A DNA stretch of 64,000 bases. Source: an uncultured Spirochaetales bacterium. Lineage in GTDB: Bacteria; Spirochaetota; Spirochaetia; Sphaerochaetales; Sphaerochaetaceae. The translations under genes were made by a program, and so were the position numbers. The number at the start of each line of letters is the position of its first letter. The stretch's first letter is position 1. The notes below the pieces were generated by a model. The model had not been told where the DNA came from. It searched no databases and saw only the letters and a program-made list of their open reading frames with translations. The DNA lies in assembly GCA_944393005.1 (NCBI GenBank), contig CALXYO010000003.1, positions 103,740 to 167,739 of the forward strand, given 5' to 3'. Below, piece after piece: positions 10,170 through 20,299 of the stretch.

Positions 10170-10894
10170 GTGAGATCCCCGAATGATGCCCCGGATGGCA
10201 GGTATATGTCATAATCGCTGAGCTGGCTGAAAAGCTTCTGTGAATCTCCAGCTTCTTTCAGCTTTCCATCTTCCATGATGAAGAGAGTGTCGGTGTGGGC
10301 GAGAAACTTTTCCGCTTCATGCGATACCACAAGTATCGTGTATCCTTTCTCATGCAGCGTGATGAGAGAGCGGATGACTGTCAGTGTTGAAGGGTAGTCA
10401 AGGTTGGCAAATGGTTCATCCATGAATATGACATCGGGTTCCATCGCAAGGATTCCCGCTATTGCACATTTTCTCATCTCTCCGCCCGAGAGAGTCTGGG
10501 GTCTCTGTTTCGCCTTGTCCTCAAGTCCCATCAGATGAAGCGCGTAAGCGACTCTTCTTTCAACTTCGGCCCTGTCAAGGCCCAGGTTCTCCGGTCCGAA
10601 TGCAATGTCTTTCTCAACGCTCTGGCTTACGATCTGCATCTGCGCATTCTGGAAGACAAGCGCGCACTTTTTCATTCTGTCCTTCTCTCCGGCTTCAATG
10701 CCGCCGATTAGGATCCTGCCTTCATCAGGCTTTCTCAGTCCCTTCATGCAGCGCAGCAGCTGGCTTTTACCGGCTCCGTTGCGTCCGCACAGTGCAGCGA
10801 ATGATCCTCTTTCAAGTTTCAGCGATATGTCATCAAGGATTTTCTTTCCGCTGATGCTCAGTGACAGGTTTTCAATCTCAAGTGCGCTTTCCAT
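10154..10894 (-). CDS. ECF transporter ATPase (BioM-like)
   Basis: GRNGAGKS, DIAFGPENLG, LSGGE, MDEP. Confidence 0.9.
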   Translation of the reverse strand: MESALEIENLSLSISGKKILDDISLKLERGSFAALCGRNGAGKSQLLRCMKGLRKPDEGRILIGGIEAGEKDRMKKCALVFQNAQMQIVSQSVEKDIAFGPENLGLDRAEVERRVAYALHLMGLEDKAKQRPQTLSGGEMRKCAIAGILAMEPDVIFMDEPFANLDYPSTLTVIRSLITLHEKGYTILVVSHEAEKFLAHTDTLFIMEDGKLKEAGDSQKLFSQLSDYDIYLPSGASFGDLTWLKR

Positions 10895-10949
10895 GCGGGA
10901 AAAGATAGCACAATGTCATGAATATTGTAAACCATATTTTGATTATAGT

Positions 10950-12308
10950 TTACAAACTTTCAGGAAGGAGGGTTTTCCTCTTCAGCATGTAGTATATGAT
11001 ACCTGCGGCATCGGCAATGATCCATCCGATTGGAACCGACCACCATATCCCCACCGCTCCGATTGAAGGCACTGCTGAAAGGGCATATGCAAGCACCACT
11101 CTCAGACCGAGCGAGATGACAGTCAGGACAACTGACATGCCGGGCCGTCCAAGTGCCCTGTACAGACCGTAGAGCAGGAAGAGCACCCCGATAAGATAAT
11201 AGAAGGCCCCTTCTATGCGGAGGTACCGTACACCTTCCTCTATGACGAGAGCGGCAGAACTGCTGTCATCTATGAACAATGCGATGAGCGGATTGGCAAA
11301 CATACATACTAACAGGGAAAGCACGATGCCGAAGGCGATGGTGATCGCAGTTGCCGTTCCTATTCCTTTCTTTATGCGTTCTTTCTGCCCCGCACCGTAG
11401 TTCTGCGAGATGAAGTATGAGAATGCATTGCCGAAATCCTGAACGGGAAGATATGCGAATGCATCTATCTTCACACCTGCGGCGAAGGCTGCCATTATGA
11501 CAGGGCCGAAGCTGTTGACACGTCCCTGAACTGTGAGGATGCCGAGGTTCATTATCGACTGCTGAAGACAGGTGAGAGATGAGAATCCCGCTATCTCCTT
11601 TATTGAGGATATTCTCAGCCTGACTGATCTGTCAGGTTTGAGAAGAGAGGGAAATTTCACCCCGGTATAGACTGCAATCCCGATTCCCGACACGTATTGC
11701 GATATCACAGTGGCCCATGCGGCACCGGCAACGCCGAAATCAAGGCCTGCTACGAAGCACAGGTCAAGGACAATGTTGAGAAGTGCGGATACGGCAAGGA
11801 AAATAGTCGGGACTTTAGAATTTCCCAGCGAACGCAGAAGGGAGGCGAAGAAGTTGTAAAGGAATATGCCGGTAAGTCCCGCAAAGATGACTATGAGATA
11901 CTCCTTCATCAGGCCTGTCAGCTCCTGTGGGATCTGCAGGACCTGTATGATCAGGTCGCATCCTGTAAACACGATTATGTTCAGCACTGCATTGACTGCG
12001 GCCAGCAGCACGAATGAGGACAGGACGCTTTCCCTGAGTCCTTTCTCATCTTTCCGCCCGAATCTCATGGAAAAGACGGTTCCGCTTCCCATTGCCAGGC
12101 CGAGGAGTATTGATGTGAGAAATGTCATGAGAGAGAAGGCTGAACCGACCGCAGCCAGCGGATTGGTGCCGAGGAAACGCCCGACAATGATGGTGTCGGC
12201 AATGTTGTAGCACTGCTGGAGCAGATCGCCTATGATCATCGGAACGGCAAAGCGCAGCATGGTGCTCATAACCGGTCCTTCTGTCAGTTCATTTCCTTTC
12301 ACGCTCAT
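10950..12308 (-). CDS. MATE family efflux transporter
   Basis: LQQCYNIADTIIVG, LGNSKVP, GVAGAAWAT, SQNYGAG; about 12 TM. Confidence 0.92.
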   Translation of the reverse strand: MSVKGNELTEGPVMSTMLRFAVPMIIGDLLQQCYNIADTIIVGRFLGTNPLAAVGSAFSLMTFLTSILLGLAMGSGTVFSMRFGRKDEKGLRESVLSSFVLLAAVNAVLNIIVFTGCDLIIQVLQIPQELTGLMKEYLIVIFAGLTGIFLYNFFASLLRSLGNSKVPTIFLAVSALLNIVLDLCFVAGLDFGVAGAAWATVISQYVSGIGIAVYTGVKFPSLLKPDRSVRLRISSIKEIAGFSSLTCLQQSIMNLGILTVQGRVNSFGPVIMAAFAAGVKIDAFAYLPVQDFGNAFSYFISQNYGAGQKERIKKGIGTATAITIAFGIVLSLLVCMFANPLIALFIDDSSSAALVIEEGVRYLRIEGAFYYLIGVLFLLYGLYRALGRPGMSVVLTVISLGLRVVLAYALSAVPSIGAVGIWWSVPIGWIIADAAGIIYYMLKRKTLLPESL

Positions 12309-12472
12309 GGCTGTCCTCTCTTACATATTGTAAGTTTCAACTTACGATTGTAAATCAATTATAGCTTTATACTGAGCATTGTCAATTTCTGTGTGACGTT
12401 TCGGCGAAAAAGCGTTGAAAACCACTTTGAACGCTTTCTTTCCTGCTGTAAGATATTCATAAGGAGGCTACC

Positions 12473-12931
12473 ATGTTTCTCGGCGGACTTGACCAGATCG
12501 ACCAGCAGATAGTGCAGCTGCTTATTCACAATGCCCGTATCTCATACTCACAGATAGGAGAGAAGACCGGCATCTCAAGGGTTGCGGCACGTTCCCGTGT
12601 ACAGGCACTGGAGAAATCTGGTGTGATTGAAGAATACACTGCCGTAATTAATCCGCAGAAGATATGCGGGGCCGTTTCCTGCTATTTCGAGATAGAATGC
12701 AGCAGTGAGACTTTCTCCGATGTGGTGAGACAGCTTGAGGCCTGTGAGATCATAACACAGATTTACCGTGTGACCGGCAGAAACCGTCTTCATGTGCATG
12801 CCGTGGCTTCCTCTGCTGATGAGATGGAGGAACTTGTCTCATCTGTCATTGACGGACTTCCCGGCATTGTTTCCTGTTCGACAAACATAATCCTCTCCCG
12901 TATCAAGGACATAAAAGGACTCAGACTTTAG
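12473..12931 (+). CDS. Lrp/AsnC family transcriptional regulator
   Basis: LDQIDQQIVQLLIHNARISYSQIG, LEKSGVIEEY, YRVTG. Confidence 0.9.
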   Translation: MFLGGLDQIDQQIVQLLIHNARISYSQIGEKTGISRVAARSRVQALEKSGVIEEYTAVINPQKICGAVSCYFEIECSSETFSDVVRQLEACEIITQIYRVTGRNRLHVHAVASSADEMEELVSSVIDGLPGIVSCSTNIILSRIKDIKGLRL

Positions 12932-13769
12932 ATTTGTTCCTGTCTTCGTATCTGTGGAAATAGGACAGGTAGGATGATCGGCAGTATCTTCCGATATCCT
13001 CATCTCCTGCGCATTCTGCTGAAAAGTCATATTTGCCGTTGACTCTCCATGCGTTGAGGATTGAAGTCCTCACAGCATCAGACGGACATGAGAACGCACA
13101 GCCCATGCAGAGGCAGCATTCACTTCCGAAATGCGGACGTCCGCCTCTCATCACGATATTGCCCTCCGGACACCTTGCCGCGCATTTCCCGCATCCCGTA
13201 CACTGACTGCCTGCTTTGAAACCTCTTCCGATCAGGGACGTTGCGGGGTGTTCTATCCTGAGGATGAAGGAAACAGCTTTCTCCACTGCGCCCGTCTTCC
13301 AGAAATGTTTTCCAAGTGATGCAATGACTTGTGAATCGGAATGGACCCTCATCCTGACAACATTCCACATCCTTGCCGCCATGGCGTCTGAGTGACGGAA
13401 TATGATGTTGTAAGGCATGACATACGAGAATGTGCCGCGTACGTCAAAACCCTTTTTCATGAGTATCTTCATGGGTGAAATGCATGCGGCTCTGTTGAAG
13501 CCCATAGGTTCTCCCGATGTCTGGATTATATACGCAGGAGTCTTTTCTCCCCGGGGAAGGCTTCTGAGAAATTTCAGGACAGGAAGAGGTGTGTTGAAGG
13601 CATGCACCGGATAGCCGATGACAATGCACCCGCAGGGGGAGTATTCAGTTTTCCTGTCCATCCTGTATATTTCCGTCTCATTTCCTGATTTCTCCATTTC
13701 ATCTGCCATTGCCTTGCAGACCCGGAGTGTGTTTCCGGTTCCCGAGAAAACGTAGAATGCGATTTTCAT
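12921..13769 (-). CDS. Flavodoxin-ferredoxin fusion (EFR1-like)
   Basis: FSGTGNT FMN loop; CTGCGKCAARCP and CCLCMGCAFSCP 4Fe-4S motifs. Confidence 0.88.
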   Translation of the reverse strand: MKIAFYVFSGTGNTLRVCKAMADEMEKSGNETEIYRMDRKTEYSPCGCIVIGYPVHAFNTPLPVLKFLRSLPRGEKTPAYIIQTSGEPMGFNRAACISPMKILMKKGFDVRGTFSYVMPYNIIFRHSDAMAARMWNVVRMRVHSDSQVIASLGKHFWKTGAVEKAVSFILRIEHPATSLIGRGFKAGSQCTGCGKCAARCPEGNIVMRGGRPHFGSECCLCMGCAFSCPSDAVRTSILNAWRVNGKYDFSAECAGDEDIGRYCRSSYLSYFHRYEDRNKSKV

Positions 13770-13907
13770 CTGTGCACCTCAGTGGAATTCTAGCAGGACT
13801 GGTGTATCTTTTCATCCTGGGTGAACTTGACGAAGATGAATTAATTCGGTTTTTTTAACTGATGGGACCTGTTTCATTGCGGCCCTGCAGAGAATAATGG
13901 AGAAAAA

Positions 13908-15284
13908 ATGGAAAACAGGAAATTTCTTGCGACTGAGCCGGTTGGAAAGCTTCTGCTGAAACTTGCGCTGCCGACGGTTGCCGCACAACTGATAAACATG
14001 CTTTACAACATAGTCGACAGGATCTACATCGGCCATATTCCCGGAGACGGGGCTCTGGCACTTACCGGAGTCGGTGTCTGTATGCCGATCATTCTGATCG
14101 TTTCGGCATTTGCCGCATTGGTCAGCAACGGAGGAGCGCCCCGTGCATCGATTTTCATGGGACAGCAGAACATGGAAAAGGCTGAGAAGACGCTTTCGAA
14201 CTGTTTTGTCACCCAGATAATTGTCTCAGTGATACTCACCGTATTTCTTCTTCTTTTCAACAGGCCTCTTCTGATGATGTTCGGTGCGAGCGAGAACACC
14301 ATCTCCTATGCTGTTGATTACATGAACATATATGCGGCGGGAACGATATTCGTTCAGCTCACGCTGGGAATGAATGCCTTCATCACGGCACAGGGATTTG
14401 CGAAAACAGCCATGCTTTCCGTTATTATCGGGGCTGTGTGCAACATTGTGCTGGATCCCGTCTTCATCTTCACTTTAGGTATGGGTGTCAAGGGTGCCGC
14501 TATCGCGACGGTGATAAGCCAGGCTGTTTCGACAGTGTGGGTTGTCTCGTTCCTTGTGGGAAAGAAAACACAGCTGAAGATAAGAAAGCGCTATTTCCGC
14601 ATTGAGAAAAACATACTGCTGCCATCCCTTTCCCTCGGTCTTGCCACCTTCATAATGCAGGCGAGTGAAAGCGTCATCAATGTCTGCTACAACGCATCTT
14701 TACAGAACTACGGAGGTGACATAGCTGTCGGGGCCATGACGATCCTTTCTTCCGTCATGCAGTTCGCCATGCTGCCTCTGCAGGGCCTGGGACAGGGTGC
14801 CCAGCCCATAATAAGCTACAACTACGGAGCCGGAAACAGGGACAGGGTGAAAGCGGCTTATTTCTCCCTTCTCAAGGCGTCCCTTTTATTCTCATGTCTC
14901 CTGTGGTTGTTAGTTGAACTCTTTCCATCAGCCTTTGCCTCGATGTTCACATCGGATGAAGCTCTGAAGGCCTTCACCGCTCCGGCATTGCGGCTGTATA
15001 TGGCGGCAACCTTCCTTTTCGGTATCCAGATCGCCTGCCAGATGACGTTCACAAGCATAGGAAACGCGAAAAGCTCGATTATAGTCGCGGTTATGAGGAA
15101 GTTCGTGCTCCTCATGCCGCTCATACTCATTCTTCCGCTAATTTTCAGGGGTAATCAGACAATGGCCGTCTATCTTGCAGAACCCGTTGCCGATACTCTT
15201 GCCGTGACATTCACCGGCGTCCTGTTCTTTATCCAGTTCAGGAAGGTTCTCTCATCAATGGACAAGGGGGATAAAAGAATTTGA
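13908..15284 (+). CDS. MATE family efflux transporter (MepA-like)
   Basis: LINMLYNIVDRIYIG, GMGVKGAAIAT, SYNYGAG. Confidence 0.92.
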   Translation: MENRKFLATEPVGKLLLKLALPTVAAQLINMLYNIVDRIYIGHIPGDGALALTGVGVCMPIILIVSAFAALVSNGGAPRASIFMGQQNMEKAEKTLSNCFVTQIIVSVILTVFLLLFNRPLLMMFGASENTISYAVDYMNIYAAGTIFVQLTLGMNAFITAQGFAKTAMLSVIIGAVCNIVLDPVFIFTLGMGVKGAAIATVISQAVSTVWVVSFLVGKKTQLKIRKRYFRIEKNILLPSLSLGLATFIMQASESVINVCYNASLQNYGGDIAVGAMTILSSVMQFAMLPLQGLGQGAQPIISYNYGAGNRDRVKAAYFSLLKASLLFSCLLWLLVELFPSAFASMFTSDEALKAFTAPALRLYMAATFLFGIQIACQMTFTSIGNAKSSIIVAVMRKFVLLMPLILILPLIFRGNQTMAVYLAEPVADTLAVTFTGVLFFIQFRKVLSSMDKGDKRI

Positions 15285-16516
15285 AGGAAAAGACATGGTG
15301 CCCGCTGAGCAGCCGATGCGGTGGCTGCGATTATGCCAATCTGCCGTATTCCATTGAGCTTAAGCTCAAGAGAGACTATCTGAAGAAACTGTTTTTCTAC
15401 ATTGATGTGCCTGAAGTCATACCGTGCCGGTCCGTGGAGCACTACCGTGACAAGGTGCAGGCTGTCATAGGAGAGAGAAACGGCAGGATTGTCAGCGGAC
15501 TTTACATAAAAGGCACGCACCACGTCATTGAACTGAGGGACTGCCGCCTTGAGTTTGAAGGTGCATCTTCAATCCTTGCCTCAGTGCGTTCACTCATGAA
15601 AAGTTTCTCCCTGGCTCCTTATGATGAAGACAGAAGGACAGGGGATCTGAGACACGTGCTGCTGCGTCATGCCCACAACAGGAATGAGGTGATGGTGACC
15701 CTTGTTTTCGGCACTGACCGCTTCAGAAGGAAAAAGGAATTCGCATGTGCGCTTGTTCACAAGCATCCTGAGATAAAGACAGTTGCATGGCAGCTGAATG
15801 ATGAGAAGACCAGCATGGTCCTCTCTGATAATGATATCAGAATCCTTTACGGTGAGGGGTACATTGAAGATGAAATCAGCACCCTTCATTTCAGGATAAC
15901 ACCATCTTCATTTTTCCAGATCAACAGAAGTCAGACGGAAGTCCTTTATGAGACAGCGATGAGAATGGCAGGACTCAGAGGGAAGGAAAGAGTGCTTGAT
16001 TCCTACAGCGGAACAGGTACAATCGCTCTGATCGCCTCACAAGAGGCTGACAGAGTGATCGCAGTTGAGGAAAACAGTGCCGCCGTGGAAATCGCAAAGG
16101 AAAATGCCCGTCTCAACGGCATAGAGAATGTCGATTTCGTATCTGCTGATGCCTCTCTTTTCTGCAAGGAGGCTGCAAAGAAAGGAGTGAAGTTTGATGC
16201 TGCCTTCCTCGATCCTCCCCGCAGCGGCTGTGATGAGCGGTTCCTTTCTTCTTTGATAAAAATGGGTCCGGAAAAGATTGTCTATATAAGCTGCAATCCT
16301 GAGACACAGGCACGTGATATAAGATATCTGAAGAATTTCGGCTCTTATTATGTGAGACGCATTCAGGGTGTGGACATGTTTCCCCGCACCAGTCATGTCG
16401 AAAGCGTTGCATTGCTTACGAAGGCACCGGAGAATGATGAAGCAGCAGGAAGGTCTTTCGCAGTAAAAGGAAAGCATCGTGATGACAGAGAAAGAAAATA
16501 CGGCAGGAAACGGTAG
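15281..16516 (+). CDS. rlmD: 23S rRNA (uracil-5)-methyltransferase RlmD
   Basis: CPLSSRCGGC 4Fe-4S motif, SFFQIN, DPPRSG, YISCNPET, DMFPRTSHVE. Confidence 0.92.
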   Translation: MKEKTWCPLSSRCGGCDYANLPYSIELKLKRDYLKKLFFYIDVPEVIPCRSVEHYRDKVQAVIGERNGRIVSGLYIKGTHHVIELRDCRLEFEGASSILASVRSLMKSFSLAPYDEDRRTGDLRHVLLRHAHNRNEVMVTLVFGTDRFRRKKEFACALVHKHPEIKTVAWQLNDEKTSMVLSDNDIRILYGEGYIEDEISTLHFRITPSSFFQINRSQTEVLYETAMRMAGLRGKERVLDSYSGTGTIALIASQEADRVIAVEENSAAVEIAKENARLNGIENVDFVSADASLFCKEAAKKGVKFDAAFLDPPRSGCDERFLSSLIKMGPEKIVYISCNPETQARDIRYLKNFGSYYVRRIQGVDMFPRTSHVESVALLTKAPENDEAAGRSFAVKGKHRDDRERKYGRKR

Positions 16517-16548
16517 AATAATTTTTTCTATGTTCAGAAAGGAAATGC

Positions 16549-16983
16549 ATGACAGTTGTTGAAGATGATACAAGGTGTCCTTCAATTGATGAGCTTTCAG
16601 CCTATGTGGCAAATCCGGTATTCAGCCTTTTCTGCAATGAGATGGAAAGACGATACGGCGCTGCCCCTCTGATCAGCTTCAGCTCCTGCAGCTGGGAGCG
16701 GGGCTGGAACGTCAAATTCAGAAAAGCCGGCAGAAGCCTGTGCACTGTTTATTTGAGGGAAGGCTTTTTCACGGTTCTCGTTGTCATCGGAGAAAAGGAA
16801 AGATCTGATGTTGAGAGCATTCTTCCGCAGCTGCCGCTGAGGTTGAGGGAAATATATCTGAATACACCTTCCGGAAACGGACAGAGATGGCTTATGATCG
16901 ATGTTGAAGATGAAGATGAACTCTACAGAGGAGTTTTCTCTCTTCTGGACATCAGAAGGAAGAAATGCAGCCGGAATGCATAG
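16549..16983 (+). CDS. DUF3788-like protein
   Basis: GWNVKFRKAGRSLCTVY and GQRWLMIDV match my recollection of DUF3788. Confidence 0.65.
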   Translation: MTVVEDDTRCPSIDELSAYVANPVFSLFCNEMERRYGAAPLISFSSCSWERGWNVKFRKAGRSLCTVYLREGFFTVLVVIGEKERSDVESILPQLPLRLREIYLNTPSGNGQRWLMIDVEDEDELYRGVFSLLDIRRKKCSRNA

Positions 16984-17010
16984 CATTCTTCATGAATACG
17001 GGAGGTCTTT

Positions 17011-17757
17011 ATGGATTACCAGGATGTTAATGCAAGGACGATCTCAAGATGGATCAGGGAAGATAACTGGAAGTGGGGAGTTCCTGTTGACAGCAGTGTC
17101 TGCTGTGATGCAAGGAAGGGAATATGGAATGTTTTCATCACTCCTGTAAAGCCGGTTCCCCATTCATGGTTTCCCAAATCGCTTGAAGGAGTGCACATTC
17201 TCGGTCTTGCATCCGGCGGAGGCCAGCAGATTCCTGTATTCAGTGCACTTGGTGCCATATGCACAGTGCTTGATTACAACGATGACCAGCTTGAAGCTGA
17301 ACGTATGGTTGCAAAGCGGGTAGGCTACGATGTTGATATCGTCAAGGCCGACATGTCAAAGCCGCTTCCGTTTGAGGATGAGAGTTTTGACATAATCTTC
17401 AATCCACCATCTCTGTGCTACATCGAGAAAGTTGAACCGCTTTTTCTTGAATGCAGCCGTGTGCTGAAGAAAAACGGAGTGATGATGACTGCTCTTGAAA
17501 GTGCGGTGAACTATATCAGTGACCCTGATGATGAAAGCCGTATTGTGCACTCTCTTCCATTCAATCCTCTTAAGAATCCCGGGCTGTACCGGGAGAAAGA
17601 CGGATTTCAGTTCTCACATTCCTTCTCTGAACAGACAGGAGGACTCCTGTCTGCCGGATTCACTCTGACTGATGTTTATGAGGATACCAACGGATACGGT
17701 CTGCTGCACGAGCTGAACATCCCGTCCTTCATGGCAGTGAGAACAGTCAAAAAATAA
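17011..17757 (+). CDS. Class I SAM-dependent methyltransferase
   Basis: ILGLASGGGQQ motif I, VLDYND, ADMSKPLPF, SRVLKKNG. Confidence 0.88.
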   Translation: MDYQDVNARTISRWIREDNWKWGVPVDSSVCCDARKGIWNVFITPVKPVPHSWFPKSLEGVHILGLASGGGQQIPVFSALGAICTVLDYNDDQLEAERMVAKRVGYDVDIVKADMSKPLPFEDESFDIIFNPPSLCYIEKVEPLFLECSRVLKKNGVMMTALESAVNYISDPDDESRIVHSLPFNPLKNPGLYREKDGFQFSHSFSEQTGGLLSAGFTLTDVYEDTNGYGLLHELNIPSFMAVRTVKK

Positions 17758-18109
17758 AATCTACTTTGCGTGTTATGTATGTTTTTTGAAAAAAATACTT
17801 TGCGGGTAGCGGGTATAATATGAAGAATACATCTCAGAGGTTTATTGACAAATCTTTATCATGAAAGTATTTCCTTTTTGATTGAATTTGAGTTTGGAGC
17901 TATCATGCAGACATAAATGCTTTCATGATTGTAAATTTCGTTCTTGTTATGGTTCTCATCTCCTTATTTTTCCGGAAAAAGCGATCAGTGAATGCAGTCA
18001 GATTTGAATATTCTTGTGTTTCAGGTGTGATATAATGAAAACATGACTGGAAAAGATTTCTGATACAGTTTCTTTTCTGAGTACCGGAGAAATGAGGAGG
18101 TTCATTTTT

Positions 18110-19276
18110 ATGTCTGATAAGATGTACATCAGAAAGAGTAAAGAAGACAAACCTGTTGTTGCTATCTGTTATGATTTTGATAAAACATTGTCTCCTGACG
18201 ACATGCAGGCTCAGGGGTATATCCAGTCAGTAGGATATGATGAGAGTGGGGATTTCTGGAAAAAATCCAATTCTCTTGCTGAAGACAATGAAATGGATCA
18301 GAATCTTGCGTATATGTACTTGATGAAACAGGAGTCAGAGGGGAAGGTCCTGTTCACAAGAGATAAACTTGAAGAATATGGTTCGAAAGTAGAGTTATTT
18401 CCCGGGGTGGAAGAATGGTTTGAACGTATCAACAATTATGGAAGTACAAAAGACGTAATTATAGAACATTATATCATTTCATCCGGGTTAAGAGAAATGA
18501 TTGAAGGCACTTCTGTTGCGAAGAAGAATGTGTTTGAGAAAATATATGCAAGCTCGTTCTACTATAACGATAAAAATGTTGCGATATGGCCAGCCCAAGT
18601 GATCAACTATACAAATAAAACCCAGTTTCTTTTCAGAATTGAAAAAGGTGTGCTTGATATCAATGATTCTGGAGTTAATGATTATTTTCCTCCGGAGAAG
18701 ATAAGGGTGCCTTTTCACAATATGATTTATATTGGTGACAGTGATACTGATATCCCCTGCATGAAACTTGTTACATCCAGAGGTGGACATTCCATATGCG
18801 TTTATTCAGATGAAAAAAAGAAAGACAAAGTCTATAAGATGATGCGTGATGGTAGAATAAGATATTTCGCAGAGGCAAATTACTGTGAGAATTTCGAACT
18901 GGATATTCTGGTCAAGCACATTATAGATCAGGTAGCGACAAATGAAGTACTTGAAAACTATCACTTCAAATATAAAAAAGAACAGCTTGATTCTGATGAA
19001 AGGATAGATGAGAATGTTCGTATCAAGAATGATCTGATAAATGAATTAGATAGCAGTAGAAGTTTTGCTGGAACACATACTGTAATTAAGGAATTGAAAA
19101 AAATCACAGGCTGGTCCAAGGATGAGAAGGAGAAATTGTTCTCAATAGCTCTCAAAAATAATCAGGTAAGATATATACTGCGTGACAATGATGTCAGAGC
19201 ATTTTTCCTTGGGATTGCATCATCAGAAGATGGCTTGAAATACATGAAAGAAGTTATGGACATATTGAAAGGCTGA
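18110..19276 (+). CDS. HAD-superfamily hydrolase with extra C-terminal helical domain (AT-rich, probably acquired)
   Basis: YDFDKTL motif I, IISSG, KTQFL, YIGDSDTD; start after a GAGGAGG RBS; visibly more AT-rich than the flanks. Confidence 0.85.
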   Translation: MSDKMYIRKSKEDKPVVAICYDFDKTLSPDDMQAQGYIQSVGYDESGDFWKKSNSLAEDNEMDQNLAYMYLMKQESEGKVLFTRDKLEEYGSKVELFPGVEEWFERINNYGSTKDVIIEHYIISSGLREMIEGTSVAKKNVFEKIYASSFYYNDKNVAIWPAQVINYTNKTQFLFRIEKGVLDINDSGVNDYFPPEKIRVPFHNMIYIGDSDTDIPCMKLVTSRGGHSICVYSDEKKKDKVYKMMRDGRIRYFAEANYCENFELDILVKHIIDQVATNEVLENYHFKYKKEQLDSDERIDENVRIKNDLINELDSSRSFAGTHTVIKELKKITGWSKDEKEKLFSIALKNNQVRYILRDNDVRAFFLGIASSEDGLKYMKEVMDILKG

Positions 19277-19633
19277 ATTAAAGACAAAGAGTTTACAGAA
19301 TTTGAGCCTTTAAGTTTGTTTGTCAACCAGCAAGATTTACATGCAAAGTTATTGTTAAAATGACTGCTTGCAGATCAGCGGTAATGAGGTGGTGACGGAG
19401 ACGAGACAGGCTCTTCCTTATCGTTACAGGGAGACAAGCATGGGCGGTCTTGCGCTGATCCAATAACAGAAATGACTGTTTTCTGAGACGGTGAATGACA
19501 TCTGCTTTTATCCATGATGGTAAAGGCTTGAAATTTTACATTGACGGAATGTCAGAAATTAACATTTCTTTCATATTGTTTTTGACTAAGTTTTTCAGTA
19601 TATATAGATGAGTTAATGGGAGAAGCATGTTCA

Positions 19634-20299
19634 ATGAGTGAACGCATCATTGAGTTGGTAACCGACTCATTTTTCAATATCCTTATACCCGGTCTTACCG
19701 CAACCATCCCGCTTACTGTGATCTCTTTCGCTTTTGCCCTTGTGATCGCAATCGCGGTTGCACTGATACAGTTTGCGGATGTGAAGGTTCTTAAGGAAAT
19801 CACGAGATTCTATGTATGGGTAATAAGAGGCACGCCGTTGCTGGTCCAGCTGTTTGTCGTCTTTTACGGTCTTCCAAGCATAGGTGTTCTGCTTGATCCT
19901 TTCCCTGCTGCGGTAATAGTCTTTTCGATAAACGAAGGCGCGTACTGTGCCGAAACGATAAGGGCAGGGCTGGAAGCTGTGCCTTCCGGTCAGATGGAGG
20001 CAGGTGAGTGCATAGGCATGTCATATATGCAGATCATGCGGCGCATCCTGCTTCCACAGGCTCTGAGGATAGCATTCCCGTCTCTCGGCAATTCCGTGAT
20101 TTCAATGATCAAGGACACATCCCTTGCCGCCAACATAACGGTGACTGAGATGTTCATGGCAACACAGAGGATAGTCGCACGTACATATGAACCCCTTATC
20201 CTGTATATCGAGGTGGGTGTCATATACCTTGTCTTCTGTACGGTGTTCACCCGCATTGAGAGGTGGGGAGAGAAGAAACTCGGGAGGTACAGGATATGA
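19634..20299 (+). CDS. Polar amino-acid (cystine-type) ABC permease
   Basis: RGTPLLVQLF, GQMEAGECIGMS, IKDTSLA. Confidence 0.9.
   Translation: MSERIIELVTDSFFNILIPGLTATIPLTVISFAFALVIAIAVALIQFADVKVLKEITRFYVWVIRGTPLLVQLFVVFYGLPSIGVLLDPFPAAVIVFSINEGAYCAETIRAGLEAVPSGQMEAGECIGMSYMQIMRRILLPQALRIAFPSLGNSVISMIKDTSLAANITVTEMFMATQRIVARTYEPLILYIEVGVIYLVFCTVFTRIERWGEKKLGRYRI

Noticed and set aside
17762-17804. Direct repeat TACTTTGCG twice
   Set aside because: Only two 9-bp copies in AT-rich DNA; not an array and no associated feature
19360-19492. Short open frame between the HAD gene and the ABC permease
   Set aside because: No convincing start, RBS or motif
19508-19560. SAM-I riboswitch before the cystine-type ABC operon (starts TTATC)
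   Set aside because: The following AGAG..GG.GAGGGA..GGCCC core and the closing GATAA are absent
16380-19615. att-site duplication of the rlmD 3' end
   Set aside because: I could not find a second copy of the HVESV-coding sequence or any integrase in the window
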